Below, one piece after another: positions 18,811-28,588 of a DNA stretch of 64,000 nt. The notes beneath the pieces were generated by a model. The model did no database searches. It was not told where the DNA came from and was given only the letters and a program-made list of their open reading frames with translations. The DNA is taken from assembly GCA_000092065.1 (NCBI GenBank), contig CP000581.1. One strand, written 5' to 3'. The position numbers and the translations under genes were made by a program. The stretch's first letter is position 1. The number at the start of each line of letters is the position of its first letter. This stretch comes from Ostreococcus lucimarinus (lineage: Eukaryota).

Positions 18811-20637
18811 TCACGCCGCGGGCGTTCTGCGCTTGATCTTCATGGGGAGGCCGCCGGCGGTGTGAATGGTGGCGCCCATCTCCATGCCGATATCTTTCGG
18901 GTCCTTTTGTAACTCGAAATCGTATCGGCGAAGCGTCATCGCCATCGCGATGGTGGCTTCGAGCATGGCGAATTGGTCGCCGATGCACTTTCGCGCGCCG
19001 GCGCCGAATGGGATGAAGGCGAAATCAGAGGCGACTTCGTTGGGGTAGAGCCCAGTGAGCAAATCGGGGTTGTATCCGGCCCAGTCTTTGACGCCTGGGT
19101 TCTTGAAAGGGCGCTTGAATCGGAATGGGTCGAATTCGTCGGGGTTTTCCCAGCACTCGGGTGAGCGGTGCAAATTCCACACGCTGATAAAAATATCCAT
19201 CCCCTTGATGAGAGTCACTTCGACATCTCCCGCGCCCTTGGGCAGCGTCACGTCTTCGAGGCATCGACGAATGAGAATCGGTGGCTCTGGGTACAGACGC
19301 AACGCCTCGGCGATGCACAAACGGACAGACTCGAGCTTTTGGATGTCGTCGTACGTGGGCGTTCTGTCGTCGTCGCCGAAGACTTCGTCGATGTCGGCTT
19401 GGATCCTCTTGAGCAATTCAGGCTTTTGCACCAAACAAAACAAGCCCCACGTGAGCACAGCGGCGGTGGTCTCGTGACCAGCGATGAGCATGGTCATCAA
19501 ATCATCGCGAAGCTGCACGTCCGTGACGTCGGCGCCTCGAATGTCGACCAGAAATCGCAACAAGGACGGATCCTTGACTTTGCTGTAATCTCTGTTTTGC
19601 AACTCTTCCAAATCGTCCGTGCCTTCGAACTGTTGCGCTTGCTTGATCAATCCGTTCAACGTGTCGTTGATGATGGACATATTCTTCTTAAACTCGCGCT
19701 GTCGAGGGACGATGTCCGTCGCGAAGGGCAAGTTCCAATAGGGAAAATAAAACGTACTGCGATGCGCCGCCTCTTGCAAGCAGTTGTACACGGCGCTGAT
19801 GATGGGAGACTCCTTTGTCACCGACCCAAAATCGTAGTTGAATACCGCCAAGCCGATAATATCCAAACTCACAGAGCAAAAACGCTCCTCCATGTCCACC
19901 ACTTCGCCGCTCGCCGCGGCTTTATCCAAATTCCGCACGAGCGCGTTCGAGCAGTGACCGAACAAGCCGACCATGTGATCGAGCCACGCCTTGTGAAATC
20001 CCGGCACGAGTTGCCGACGGCGATTCTTCCACACGGCGTACGGCGCTGGAATCAGTCCCTGTCCCATGATTGGCTCCAAAATCTCCGCCAGCACCCCTTT
20101 ATCGAACGAAAACGGCTTCTCCTTCAGCACCTCTCGCACGACGACGGGATCGCTCAGCACCATGAAAACCTTGGGCCCGAACGCCAACTTGAACACCCCA
20201 CCGTACCTTCGAAAGTACGGGTACAGCGCCAAGAAAATCGGTCCCCCCACCAAATCATCGATCACGCCCTCGCACACGGGCGCGTTATCCTTGCTCTCCT
20301 TATCGCCGTACGTCTGCAAAATCTGCGTCACCCACAGCGAGACGATGTCGCGAAACTTGAGCTCCTCGGGCTTGAAATCATCGCTCGGGATCGTCTCCTC
20401 CTCCGGTTCCTTCACCGCCCGCGCGACGACCGCGCGATTCCACGCGTCACCGACCGCGCGTTCGCGCGCGGCGTCGCCCCGCCGCGGCGTCGCGCGACGC
20501 ATCGCGCGCGTCGGCGCCGACAGAGCCGCTAGGGCAACTCTAGCGCTTCGCGCGCGCCGCGCGCCCGCGCGCGCGCGACGCGCGCCGAGCGTCGTCGACG
20601 TCGACACCGCGGCGCTCGATACCATCGCGGCGTGCAT
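18811..20637 (-). CDS. CYP97: Cytochrome P450, CYP97-like (carotenoid hydroxylase type), with chloroplast transit peptide
   Basis: Heme-binding loop FGAGARKCIGDQFAMLEATIAMAMTL. The I-helix block LRFLVDIRG..QLRDDLMTMLIAGHETTAAVLTW closely matches CYP97A/C. The N-terminus is S/T/A/R-rich (MHAAMVSSAAVSTSTTLGARRARAG...). The track start is TTG at 20688; the first ATG is 20637. Confidence 0.8.
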   Translation of the reverse strand: MHAAMVSSAAVSTSTTLGARRARAGARRARSARVALAALSAPTRAMRRATPRRGDAARERAVGDAWNRAVVARAVKEPEEETIPSDDFKPEELKFRDIVSLWVTQILQTYGDKESKDNAPVCEGVIDDLVGGPIFLALYPYFRRYGGVFKLAFGPKVFMVLSDPVVVREVLKEKPFSFDKGVLAEILEPIMGQGLIPAPYAVWKNRRRQLVPGFHKAWLDHMVGLFGHCSNALVRNLDKAAASGEVVDMEERFCSVSLDIIGLAVFNYDFGSVTKESPIISAVYNCLQEAAHRSTFYFPYWNLPFATDIVPRQREFKKNMSIINDTLNGLIKQAQQFEGTDDLEELQNRDYSKVKDPSLLRFLVDIRGADVTDVQLRDDLMTMLIAGHETTAAVLTWGLFCLVQKPELLKRIQADIDEVFGDDDRTPTYDDIQKLESVRLCIAEALRLYPEPPILIRRCLEDVTLPKGAGDVEVTLIKGMDIFISVWNLHRSPECWENPDEFDPFRFKRPFKNPGVKDWAGYNPDLLTGLYPNEVASDFAFIPFGAGARKCIGDQFAMLEATIAMAMTLRRYDFELQKDPKDIGMEMGATIHTAGGLPMKIKRRTPAA

Positions 20638-20751
20638 CGCGCGACGGACGCGCGCGTCGCGTCTGCGTCGCGGAATACCGTTCGTCAACCGACCGCTCGA
20701 GCGCGACGCGACGCGCGCGCGTCAGTCGTCGGCGCGCGCGCGACGGCCCGC

Positions 20752-21537
20752 ATGGCCGACGACGCGGCGCGCGCGCGCGTCGGCGAGCCCGTGGGCGCGC
20801 GCAAGCGTCGATTACCGGCGAGCGTGCGCGACGCGGCGAGACCGAAGGCGAAGACGACGCCGAGAGAGAAATCCGCGCGCGGTGCGAGCGCGCGCGAGAA
20901 CGCGCGGACGACGGCGCGCGGGCGCGCGGCGAATCAGGTGACGGAGAACGCGCGCGCGGAATCCCCGGTGCGCGAGGAAGCGCGTTTGTACGACGTGGTG
21001 TCGGACGACGACGAGGACGACGACGCGGCGGCGCGCGCGGCGGCGGTTCCGACGGCGTCGACCTCGACGGCGACGACGCTGACGAGCACGGCGATCGGGT
21101 GCGTGAAGACCGTCACGGATGATGCGCTCGTGGAGGCGGCTCGATTTTATTGCGGCTCGAGCACGAAAGCGAAAGCGTTGGCGAGCGCGGCGGAGCCGTC
21201 GGCGCCGTCGGCGCCGACGCCGGATTCGCCGCCGCGCGAGCCTCCGCCCGCGAAGCCCGCGCCATCGCGTCGGCCGTTGCCGTGGTCCAATAAGCTCGAA
21301 ACGTTCGATGATATGTTCTCCATGTTCACCGGCGGTACGGCGGCGCCGAGCGGGGTTTCCCAGCCGTCGACGGCGGCGAATGCGAACGCGTCGCGAGGCG
21401 CCGCCGCGGAAACCTTCGTCGAGGCGCTTCGCTCGCAGCCCGATCCCGCGACCGTGACGGCGAAAACCAAGCCCAAACTCAGTTTCGCCGCGCTCATGGC
21501 GAACGACGAGCCGGAATCGTTCGAGGACTCCGATTAG
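20752..21537 (+). CDS. Hypothetical low-complexity acidic/Ala-rich protein
   Basis: ORF 20632..21537; the first ATG is 20752 (MADDAARARVGEPVG...). It contains an RxxL-like segment and a D/E-rich C-terminus, with no recognisable domain. Much of it overlaps a CGCG-rich region, so it may be spurious. Confidence 0.3.
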   Translation: MADDAARARVGEPVGARKRRLPASVRDAARPKAKTTPREKSARGASARENARTTARGRAANQVTENARAESPVREEARLYDVVSDDDEDDDAAARAAAVPTASTSTATTLTSTAIGCVKTVTDDALVEAARFYCGSSTKAKALASAAEPSAPSAPTPDSPPREPPPAKPAPSRRPLPWSNKLETFDDMFSMFTGGTAAPSGVSQPSTAANANASRGAAAETFVEALRSQPDPATVTAKTKPKLSFAALMANDEPESFEDSD

Positions 21538-21925
21538 ACTAGCCCGATTAGAATAGTAATCAGCGCGCATGTACTCCCGGGTGTTTGCCCTAGTCGAAAA
21601 CAGTTGCTCGGCGCGTCGTTCGCCTCGCACACGCCCGCGCGACGCGCGCGCGCTCGGCTGGACATGCTCGCCGCGATCGCGAAACGCGCCGCCTCGTCAG
21701 CGTGCGCCCGGACGGTGCGCGCGACGCGAAGCGACGACGCGCGAGTCGACGATCGCTCGACGCGTGGGATCGATTGCGAAACGATCGGTCGCGCGCGCGA
21801 CGCGGTGACGCGCGCTCGCGCGCTCGAACGACGGCGAAACGAATGACTGATGGATCGCACGCGAACAGACGACGACGCACGCGCGTTGGACGCGGGCGTT
21901 CGCGGCGGATGCGAACGATGAGAAG

Positions 21926-23002
21926 ATGGTCATCGAGACGCCGGTGCCGTTCAAGGGACATCTCATCGTACCGCCGTCGCAGATGGTGGAGACGACGAAG
22001 AGCGAGATTATCGATATGTTCACGCAGGCGTACATGATGCGTCGATTGGAGATCGCGGCGGATGTGCTTTATAAGGGGAAGTTTATTCGCGGTTTTTGTC
22101 ACCTGTACGACGGTCAAGAGGCGGTGTGCGTGGGCATGGAAGCGGCGTTGAATAAGCAAGACGCGGTGGTGACGTCGTATCGGGATCATTGTATTCATCT
22201 TGGTCGTGGAGGGACGCCGCTCGAGGTGATGGCGGAGTTGATGGGACGCGTGGACGGCGCGGCGAAGGGGATCGGCGGGTCGATGCACATGTACCGCCGA
22301 GAGGCAAACTTTTTCGGCGGCAACGGCATCGTCGGCGCGCAGACCGCGATCGGGGCCGGTTTGGGGTTCGCATTCAAGTACAACAAACAACCGAATGTGG
22401 CGGTGACGATGTATGGAGACGGGGCGGCGAATCAAGGGCAGTTATTCGAGGCGCTCAACATGGCGGCTCTCTGGGATTTGCCCGTGATTTTCATGTGCGA
22501 AAACAACCATTACGGTATGGGTACCGCACAAGATCGCAGTGCGAAGAGCCCTGTCTATTACAAGCGTGGGGATTACGTTCCGGGTTTGAAAGTTGACGGC
22601 ATGGACGCCCTCGCGGTGAAGCAAGCGATGAAGTTCGCGAAGGAGTACTGCGTCGCGGGCAACGGCCCGATCGTGATGGAGATGGACACGTACCGTTACC
22701 ACGGCCACTCCATGAGCGACCCGGGAAGCACGTACCGTACGCGCGATGAAATCACGGGCATTCGCCAAGAGCGCGATCCCGTCGAGCGTTTGCGCAAGCT
22801 TATCACTGAACATAATTTGCTCGACGCGACGCAAATTAAGCAAATCGAAAAGGAGCAACGGCGCATCGTCGACGAGGCTGTCGAGCAAGCCAAGGCGAGC
22901 CCGCTGCCGCCGAACGAAAACTTGACTAAAAACATGAACACCAACTTGGAGAACATCGTCGTTCGCGGCGTAGACTCGCAGACTTTCCACGCTTTAGTTT
23001 AA
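21926..23002 (+). CDS. PDHA: Pyruvate dehydrogenase E1 component alpha subunit, mitochondrial type
   Basis: Near-identical blocks to human PDHA1: [68 protein letters not shown] and [23 protein letters not shown]...[26 protein letters not shown]. The ORF starts at ATG 21926 at the mature N-terminus, with no presequence. Confidence 0.85.
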   Translation: MVIETPVPFKGHLIVPPSQMVETTKSEIIDMFTQAYMMRRLEIAADVLYKGKFIRGFCHLYDGQEAVCVGMEAALNKQDAVVTSYRDHCIHLGRGGTPLEVMAELMGRVDGAAKGIGGSMHMYRREANFFGGNGIVGAQTAIGAGLGFAFKYNKQPNVAVTMYGDGAANQGQLFEALNMAALWDLPVIFMCENNHYGMGTAQDRSAKSPVYYKRGDYVPGLKVDGMDALAVKQAMKFAKEYCVAGNGPIVMEMDTYRYHGHSMSDPGSTYRTRDEITGIRQERDPVERLRKLITEHNLLDATQIKQIEKEQRRIVDEAVEQAKASPLPPNENLTKNMNTNLENIVVRGVDSQTFHALV

Positions 23003-23065
23003 GGAGAGACAGCTGACGTGAATAGGAATAAAAATTAAAACCAACAAAACGACGCCGCGACAGAA

Positions 23066-24103
23066 TTATTTGTTAAACGCGTCAACGAGCGTGCCAACCG
23101 CGAAGAGAATGAACAACGAACCGCCCGCGTACGCCACGACGCGCTCAGAAATGTAATCGCCTATGACGTCGCCGATGGTGACGGCTCCGGCGGTGGCGAT
23201 GAAATGCCCCGCGAGCGCCCCGCCGACAACTTGACCTGGGTCAGCCGCAGCGGCTAACGCGATGGTGGCGAAAAACGACTTATCGCCCCATTCGGCGCCG
23301 AACACTAGCGCAGCCGTGGTCGCGATCAACGCCATCTCGTCGTTAAACGTACTACCCAAGCCTTCCACGGCTTCCTTGGCGTCCTCCTCCTCCTCCTCAG
23401 CTTTGCTCTCCTCCGCCGATCGAATCGTTTGCACGCCGAAGAACAACAACAACCCGGCCGCTAAGAAGTCATCCCACGGAACGCTCGTCTCGAACGGCAA
23501 ATTCTCATCCAACTGATGAAGAAACTGGCCGAGCGTCACCGAAATCACCGTCATCGCCGCGAGCGCCCCGTACGTCCCCGCGAACACCGCCTTTTTATCC
23601 TGCTGCAGCGCCAGCAGCACGGCGATGAAGAACGTCTTATCCCCAATCTCACTGAACAAAATTAAAAGCAACCCTTGCAAAAATCCGCCGTCCGCGGCGT
23701 CGTCCGCGACGACCTCAGCCGCCGCGCGCGCGTGCTCGGGCGCCAGCAGCGCGAGCGCCGCCGCCCCCGCCCCCGCCGCGCACGTCCGCACCACCGTCGT
23801 CGCCGTCGTCGCCGTCGCGACTTCGCGCGCGATGGCATCGCGTCCGCGCGCGTCCGTCGCCGTCCCCGCGCGCGTCGTCGTCGCCGTCGTCGCCGTCGCG
23901 CGCGTCGCGCCGACGCATCTTGTGGATAAACTTTTCGTCGCGTTCGAACGCGCGACGCGTCGCGCGGGCGTCCCGCGCGCGCTCGCGCGCGGGACCGCGC
24001 GCGCGAACACCGTCGCTCGCATCGCGCGCGCGAGCCTCGCGGCGCCGGGCGTCGCGCAGTGCGCGACGCGGCGCGTCACTTCGCCGCGCCGGTCGGTCGC
24101 CAT
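23066..24103 (-). CDS. GDT1/TMEM165 (UPF0016) family cation (Mn2+/Ca2+) transporter, PAM71/CMT1-like with long transit peptide
   Basis: Two copies of the family signature E-x-G-D-K-(T/S)-F: SEIGDKTFFIAVLLAL and AEWGDKSFFATIALAA. There are six predicted TM segments and a roughly 130-aa A/T/R-rich N-terminal extension. ATG at 24103. Confidence 0.75.
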   Translation of the reverse strand: MATDRRGEVTRRVAHCATPGAARLARAMRATVFARAVPRASARGTPARRVARSNATKSLSTRCVGATRATATTATTTRAGTATDARGRDAIAREVATATTATTVVRTCAAGAGAAALALLAPEHARAAAEVVADDAADGGFLQGLLLILFSEIGDKTFFIAVLLALQQDKKAVFAGTYGALAAMTVISVTLGQFLHQLDENLPFETSVPWDDFLAAGLLLFFGVQTIRSAEESKAEEEEEDAKEAVEGLGSTFNDEMALIATTAALVFGAEWGDKSFFATIALAAAADPGQVVGGALAGHFIATAGAVTIGDVIGDYISERVVAYAGGSLFILFAVGTLVDAFNK

Positions 24104-25031
24104 GGCGTCGTCCGAGCGCGCGCTCGCGACGCCGTCCTGGCGCGCGGTGTCGCGCGCGGTGGCGGCGCGCGCGATGTGGTACGCGCTCGACGCGCCGTGC
24201 GCGTGGAGCTTGGGCGCGGAGGACGCGCGCGCGGCGCGATGGGACGAAGACGAAGCGACGACGTCGCGGATGGTTGACGAGGACGACCTCGACGACGACG
24301 GCGCGCTGCTGCGCCTGCGCGAGGCGCGCGCGACGAAGCTGACGCACGTTCGAGGGTCGTTCGACGCGCACTTGGTGGACGTGCGGGATTGGTTGGCGCG
24401 GTTCGGCGCGCCTCGCTCGGTGGCGCGGGCCGGCCTCGGCCACGCGGCGTACGGGAGCGAGTTGTTTCCGTGCGCGGTGGCGTCGTTCGGCGCGCATCGC
24501 TCGATGTTTCGCGCGGTTTGTGGGCGCGCGAGCGAGCGGTTGATGTTTCTGTACGCGACGTGCAGTCAGAGAAAGTTTTATCGATGGGCGTTGACGCGCG
24601 CGGGGGCGTTCGATCGAGAGACGGCGGCGGTGAATTTTTACACGGGAGAAACGACGCGCGCGTTGTCGGGATTCGAGATTGCGAGTCTGGCGTTGATACA
24701 CGCGGCGGATATTTTGAGCGTGCAGACGCCGGGGAGGGCGGTGAACACGGCGACGGCGTTCGCGATGTGTTTGGTGGCGAGCGCGGCGGCGACGTTTCGC
24801 GAAGAGACGCGAGACGGAGACGCGGACGCGAGTCTCGTCGATTTCGCCGACGCGCTCGAAAACGACGTCTTGGACGATATCTTAAAAGCCATGGTCGCCA
24901 CGTCCGAGCGGAAAAGCAAAAGCGCGTGGCGAGAGTTGCGCGAAGAGGCGATGGCGCGAGCGCGCCATCGCTTGCGCCGAACGCGAATCGACGCCGTCAT
25001 GGTGATGCGAGCCACGGGCGTTTTGAATTAG
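24102..25031 (+). CDS. Hypothetical protein
   Basis: The 309-aa C-terminal part of track ORF 23625..25031. The 5' part of that ORF is antisense to the GDT1 gene. The first ATG, MASSERALATPSW, is at 24102. The sequence is non-repetitive (HLVDVRDWLARFGAPRSVARAGLGHAAYGSELFPCAV...) but I recognise no family. Confidence 0.4.
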   Translation: MASSERALATPSWRAVSRAVAARAMWYALDAPCAWSLGAEDARAARWDEDEATTSRMVDEDDLDDDGALLRLREARATKLTHVRGSFDAHLVDVRDWLARFGAPRSVARAGLGHAAYGSELFPCAVASFGAHRSMFRAVCGRASERLMFLYATCSQRKFYRWALTRAGAFDRETAAVNFYTGETTRALSGFEIASLALIHAADILSVQTPGRAVNTATAFAMCLVASAAATFREETRDGDADASLVDFADALENDVLDDILKAMVATSERKSKSAWRELREEAMARARHRLRRTRIDAVMVMRATGVLN

Positions 25032-25102
25032 CGTCGCCGGTCGCGACGGGATTCAAACTAGTACGTCAGAGGTAGATACAAAGTTAGATGGTAGCGACGT
25101 TT

Positions 25103-25147
25103 TAAGTCATCGTAGGTGGTGGGATTCTAAGTCATCGTAGGTGGTGG
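25103..25147. repeat. Tandem direct repeat, 2 x about 20 bp (taagtcatcgtaggtggtgg)
   Basis: Exact copies at 25103-25122 and 25128-25147, lying in the 3'UTR/intergenic region after the 24102..25031 gene. Confidence 0.6.
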
Positions 25148-25257
25148 CATGCAACGCCGATTCGCGTCGCCGAGGCCTCTCGCCTAACAACGCGCGCAGA
25201 ACACAACTTTCGAGACATCAATCGTCTCGACGTTGCCGACACCAGTGCGCGTCGCCC

Positions 25258-26362
25258 ATGCGCGCGCGCGTCGATGACATTTTACGCGCGCAGCCTACGT
25301 CGCAGAGTATCCCCGCCGAAGTCGTCGCGTACGAACTCAAGCGACTCATCCTCGAGGTGTGCCCCGCGCGCGACGATTCGCGTCCCGAGGCGCAAGACTG
25401 ACCATGTGACATAGCTCGACGAAAACGTCCACGACAGCGCGCGCTCGTCAACCTGGCCGTCCGTCCGTACATTTTTCGTCGACTCTCTGCAGTTGATCGA
25501 GTCGTCCGAGCCCGCGCGACGGGTCGCTGAAGCGTTGCGCGATTTGGAAGCGAGCTTTCTGATCACGTCTCAAAAACAGCAATGGCTCGACGGCGAACGC
25601 GAGGATTGGCTTGAGACCGTGCGCCTAGTTGCACGAGTGGTTGATCGACCGTTGATGACTTTTGGGTTACTGAGAGTGATTGGTTCTTTGCTGAACGATC
25701 TGGCGATGTCGCTGAAGGAGGGTTCGTTCGTGCCGGCGTTCACGCGCCCTCGGACAGCCGTCGATGCGACGAGGAAATCGTTGTGGCACGCTCGAGTGGA
25801 GGCGATCTTGATCAGTGGTATCGCGACCGACGAGCGCGACGCGCGCGTGCTCGAAGAGCGATACTTTAGCGACGTGTTGCGACTACGCGCGCCCGAGGCG
25901 AGCGAACAGCCGGTTTTGTTGAACGCCACGCGGTTCGTCGCGCCGATGCCTCGCGAAGAAACTCGAGTTCCCGCGGAGCGGGAACGCGAGCTCAGACTCG
26001 CGCAGTCGTACAACTTTTCTACGGATGTACTTATACGAAGACAGGAGACTCGACGGCGATGTGCGCCACGAAGGCTCATGATTAGCGATGAGGACGAAGA
26101 TGATCCTTACAGCGCCGTCGGCGGCGACGCGGAAGAGCTTGAAAGACTTCGCGGCGAGGTCGCTCGATTGCAAATCGAACGCGAGCAAGAGGTATTGTGC
26201 ACGATTTGCTACTCGAACAAGCGTGACACTGTCGTGTGTCCGTGCTTACACTTGATGTATTGCAGCGCGTGCATCGCGCGACTTCGAGACCAGGGAGGGA
26301 GCGAAGCGCGGTGTCCACATTGTCGATGCGCGATGACGGGGTTGTTGCAAATATTCTCGTGA
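25258..26362 (+). CDS. C3HC4 RING-finger E3 ubiquitin ligase (C-terminal RING), probable 2-exon gene
   Basis: ORF 25493..26362 ends with the RING CTICYSNKRDTVVCPCLHLMYCSACIARLRDQGGSEARCPHCRCAM. The track start is TTG, and the first internal ATG lies 53 codons in. A candidate exon 1 (25258..25356, MRARVDDILRAQPTSQSIPAEVVAYELKRLILE) joins in frame through a GT(25357)..AG(25492) intron: gtgtgcc...tttttcgtcgactctctgcag. The intron model is inference. Confidence 0.45.
25357..25492 (+). other. Candidate spliceosomal intron (GT..AG, 136 nt) in RING E3 gene
   Basis: Phase-0 donor gag|gtgtgc. A pyrimidine-rich tract and cag acceptor sit immediately before the frame-0 start of ORF 25493. Removal gives a continuous reading frame. 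Confidence 0.35.
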
Positions 26363-26421
26363 ATGCACGATTTGCCGTTGTTATGTTACAGTACACATTC
26401 GTTTCGACTTGTAATGATCAA

Positions 26422-28308
26422 TTAGTCCGCGAGCACCTTACTAGACCAGCTGAGAGCGAGATTACGCGCGATGTTTGGCCCGTCGCCGACCGCGTTTTGC
26501 ACCAGCTTTTGGATATTGACCTCTCGTTGAAGCGTCGCAACGAGACGTGCGAGCTCGTCCACTTGTAAGCGATCGTCTTCCGTCAACGCGAGGAGCAGTT
26601 GCTGACGAAGTTTAGCGTCCGTAAGAAGTAACCCCGCGCCATCCGTGGCGGTTTCCGTCAAATCGAGGTTCCCGCCGCCGTCTCGCGCGAGATCGATCAA
26701 GTTTTCAAGGCGGCGCCATTGAAACTTGTCTTGCTTGAACAACACTTGAATCAAGCGCTCGCGAAGCGAAACGTCTCGGTCTGTCAATAACCGCTTGGCG
26801 ACGTACGGATACGCGACTTCGAGAAACTTGAAGTCCGGCTTCAACGTCATGCAAATCCCTTCTTGCGTCAACAGCGAGCGGATGACGAGCGAAAACCGCT
26901 CTGGGATGCGAATTGGGTACTGGTACACGAGCTTGTTGAAACTCGACGTCACGGTGCGAAAGTTGAAATTGGCTAACGATGCCGTGCGAGCGTCTTGCCA
27001 AATGTCTTGAAGCGCCGGAACAATGGGCCGCACGTCCGTGCCTGGGGTCAAGAAACCGAGACGAATGAAATCACCCGCCATGCTTTCGTAGTCCTCGTTC
27101 ACCGCGTGCACGACGGCGTCGATGAGCACCTCCTTATTCGTTTGCGTCAGCTGCGCGACGTTCCCAAAATCTACGTACGCGATGCGCCCGTCGCGCATCG
27201 CGAAAATATTACCCGGATGCGGGTCGCCGTGGAATAATCCAAACTCCAACAACTGTCTCAGCCCGCTCACGACGCCCACCTTGATGAACTCCTCGACGTC
27301 GATGCCGGCGTCGACGATGCCTTGCGGATCTGTGCATCGAACGCCATCGATCCATTCCATGGTCAAAATCTTCGACCCGGAGTACTCTTTGTAGTACTTT
27401 GGGATCTTCACGATGGGATCGTCCTTGAAATTGTCGTAAAAATCGCTCAAGTTGCGCCCCTCTTGCACGTAATCGAGTTCCTCCAAGAGCTTCTCGCCAA
27501 ACTCGTCCACGATGAGCTGGGCGTTGCAACCCAACGCGCGCACGGAGTAGCCGTTGATGAACCACGCCAGCGTGCGAAACAATAACAAGTCTCTGTAAAT
27601 GATGGGCTCGATCCCCGGCCGTTGCACCTTGATGGCGACTTCCTCGCCGCTCTCGCGAAGCGTCGCTCGGTACACCTGCCCGAGCGACGCCGCCGCGATC
27701 GGATCGCTCGAAATCACCGAGAACACCTCATCGATCGGTCGTCCGAGCTCGCTTCGAATGATATCAAACGCGGTCGCGTTATCGAACGGCGGCACGTCGT
27801 CTTGAAGCTTGCACAACTCCTCCATGTAATCGCTTCGCACGATATCCGGCCGGTTCGCCAACACCTGCCCCGCCTTGACGAACGACGGCCCCAACTTCGC
27901 CAACTGCACCCTCAGCTGCTCGCTTCGACTCACCACGCGTTCGGTTTCGTTCAACTTATCGTACAGCAACCCACTCGCGAACGCCGTGGCGTTGAACACG
28001 ATCTCCCCGCACCGCGCCGCCGTCCGCGCCGCTTCCCCCGGCCCTCGCATCGCGCGCTCTCTCACCACCGCCGGCGAGTACTTGGGCGCGATCGCGCACG
28101 CCCCGTTCTGCCCGTACAGTTCCTCCACGTCCCTCGCGTCCGGCTGCGCCACCGTCCCCGCGCTCGCCGTCGCGCCGTCGCCTCGCCGCCGCCTCTGGAT
28201 AAGCGCGCGCCGTCCCGTCGCGCCGCCCGTCGTCGCGCGCGTCGTCCCACCGCCGCGCGTCGCGCCGCGCGTCGTCGTCGTCATCATCGCCGTCGCCATC
28301 GCGCGCGT
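26422..28308 (-). CDS. ABC1/ADCK (UbiB) atypical kinase, plastid ABC1K-like
   Basis: Conserved ABC1 domain LAKLGPSFVKAGQVLANRPDIV...AAASLGQVYRATL..EEVAIKVQRPG...HGDPHPGNIFAMRDGRIAYVDFG. The track ORF runs to 28971, but that 5' portion is R-rich and antisense to the next gene. The start was placed at ATG 28308 (MATAMMTTTTRG..., a T/R-rich transit-like peptide). Confidence 0.7.
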   Translation of the reverse strand, partial: TRAMATAMMTTTTRGATRGGGTTRATTGGATGRRALIQRRRRGDGATASAGTVAQPDARDVEELYGQNGACAIAPKYSPAVVRERAMRGPGEAARTAARCGEIVFNATAFASGLLYDKLNETERVVSRSEQLRVQLAKLGPSFVKAGQVLANRPDIVRSDYMEELCKLQDDVPPFDNATAFDIIRSELGRPIDEVFSVISSDPIAAASLGQVYRATLRESGEEVAIKVQRPGIEPIIYRDLLLFRTLAWFINGYSVRALGCNAQLIVDEFGEKLLEELDYVQEGRNLSDFYDNFKDDPIVKIPKYYKEYSGSKILTMEWIDGVRCTDPQGIVDAGIDVEEFIKVGVVSGLRQLLEFGLFHGDPHPGNIFAMRDGRIAYVDFGNVAQLTQTNKEVLIDAVVHAVNEDYESMAGDFIRLGFLTPGTDVRPIVPALQDIWQDARTASLANFNFRTVTSSFNKLVYQYPIRIPERFSLVIRSLLTQEGICMTLKPDFKFLEVAYPYVAKRLLTDRDVSLRERLIQVLFKQDKFQWRRLENLIDLARDGGGNLDLTETATDGAGLLLTDAKLRQQLLLALTEDDRLQVDELARLVATLQREVNIQKLVQNAVGDGPNIARNLALSWSSKVLAD

Positions 28309-28588
28309 CGCGTCGCGCTCCAACGCCCTCGCGCGCGTCGCGCGCGCCGTCGTGTGCGGACGCGCCGTGACGTCGACGCGCCCGCGCGCGCGCGGCGATT
28401 CGATTCGTCGCCGCCGACGCCGACGCGACGCGTTTTCGCGCGTTTTCGCGCGCGCGCCGAATCGCGAAAATTTCGTCGCGTCGCGTCGCGTCGCGCGCGC
28501 CGCGTTCGCGACGACGCCGCGCGCGCGATGCGTCGGCGCGAACGCGCGCGTCAGACGGCGACGCGGCGATTCGATTCGATTCGCGTCG

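Noticed and set aside
19168-20532. 454-aa plus-strand ORF inside the CYP97 locus
   Set aside because: Antisense to the P450, whose heme loop and I-helix are unambiguous on the minus strand.
21590-22435. 281-aa minus-strand ORF over the PDHA 5' region
   Set aside because: Antisense to PDH E1-alpha. The translation is R/H/L-rich.
23625-24100. 5' portion of plus-strand ORF 23625..25031
   Set aside because: Antisense to the GDT1/PAM71-like gene. The hypothetical plus-strand gene is only plausible from ATG 24102 onward.
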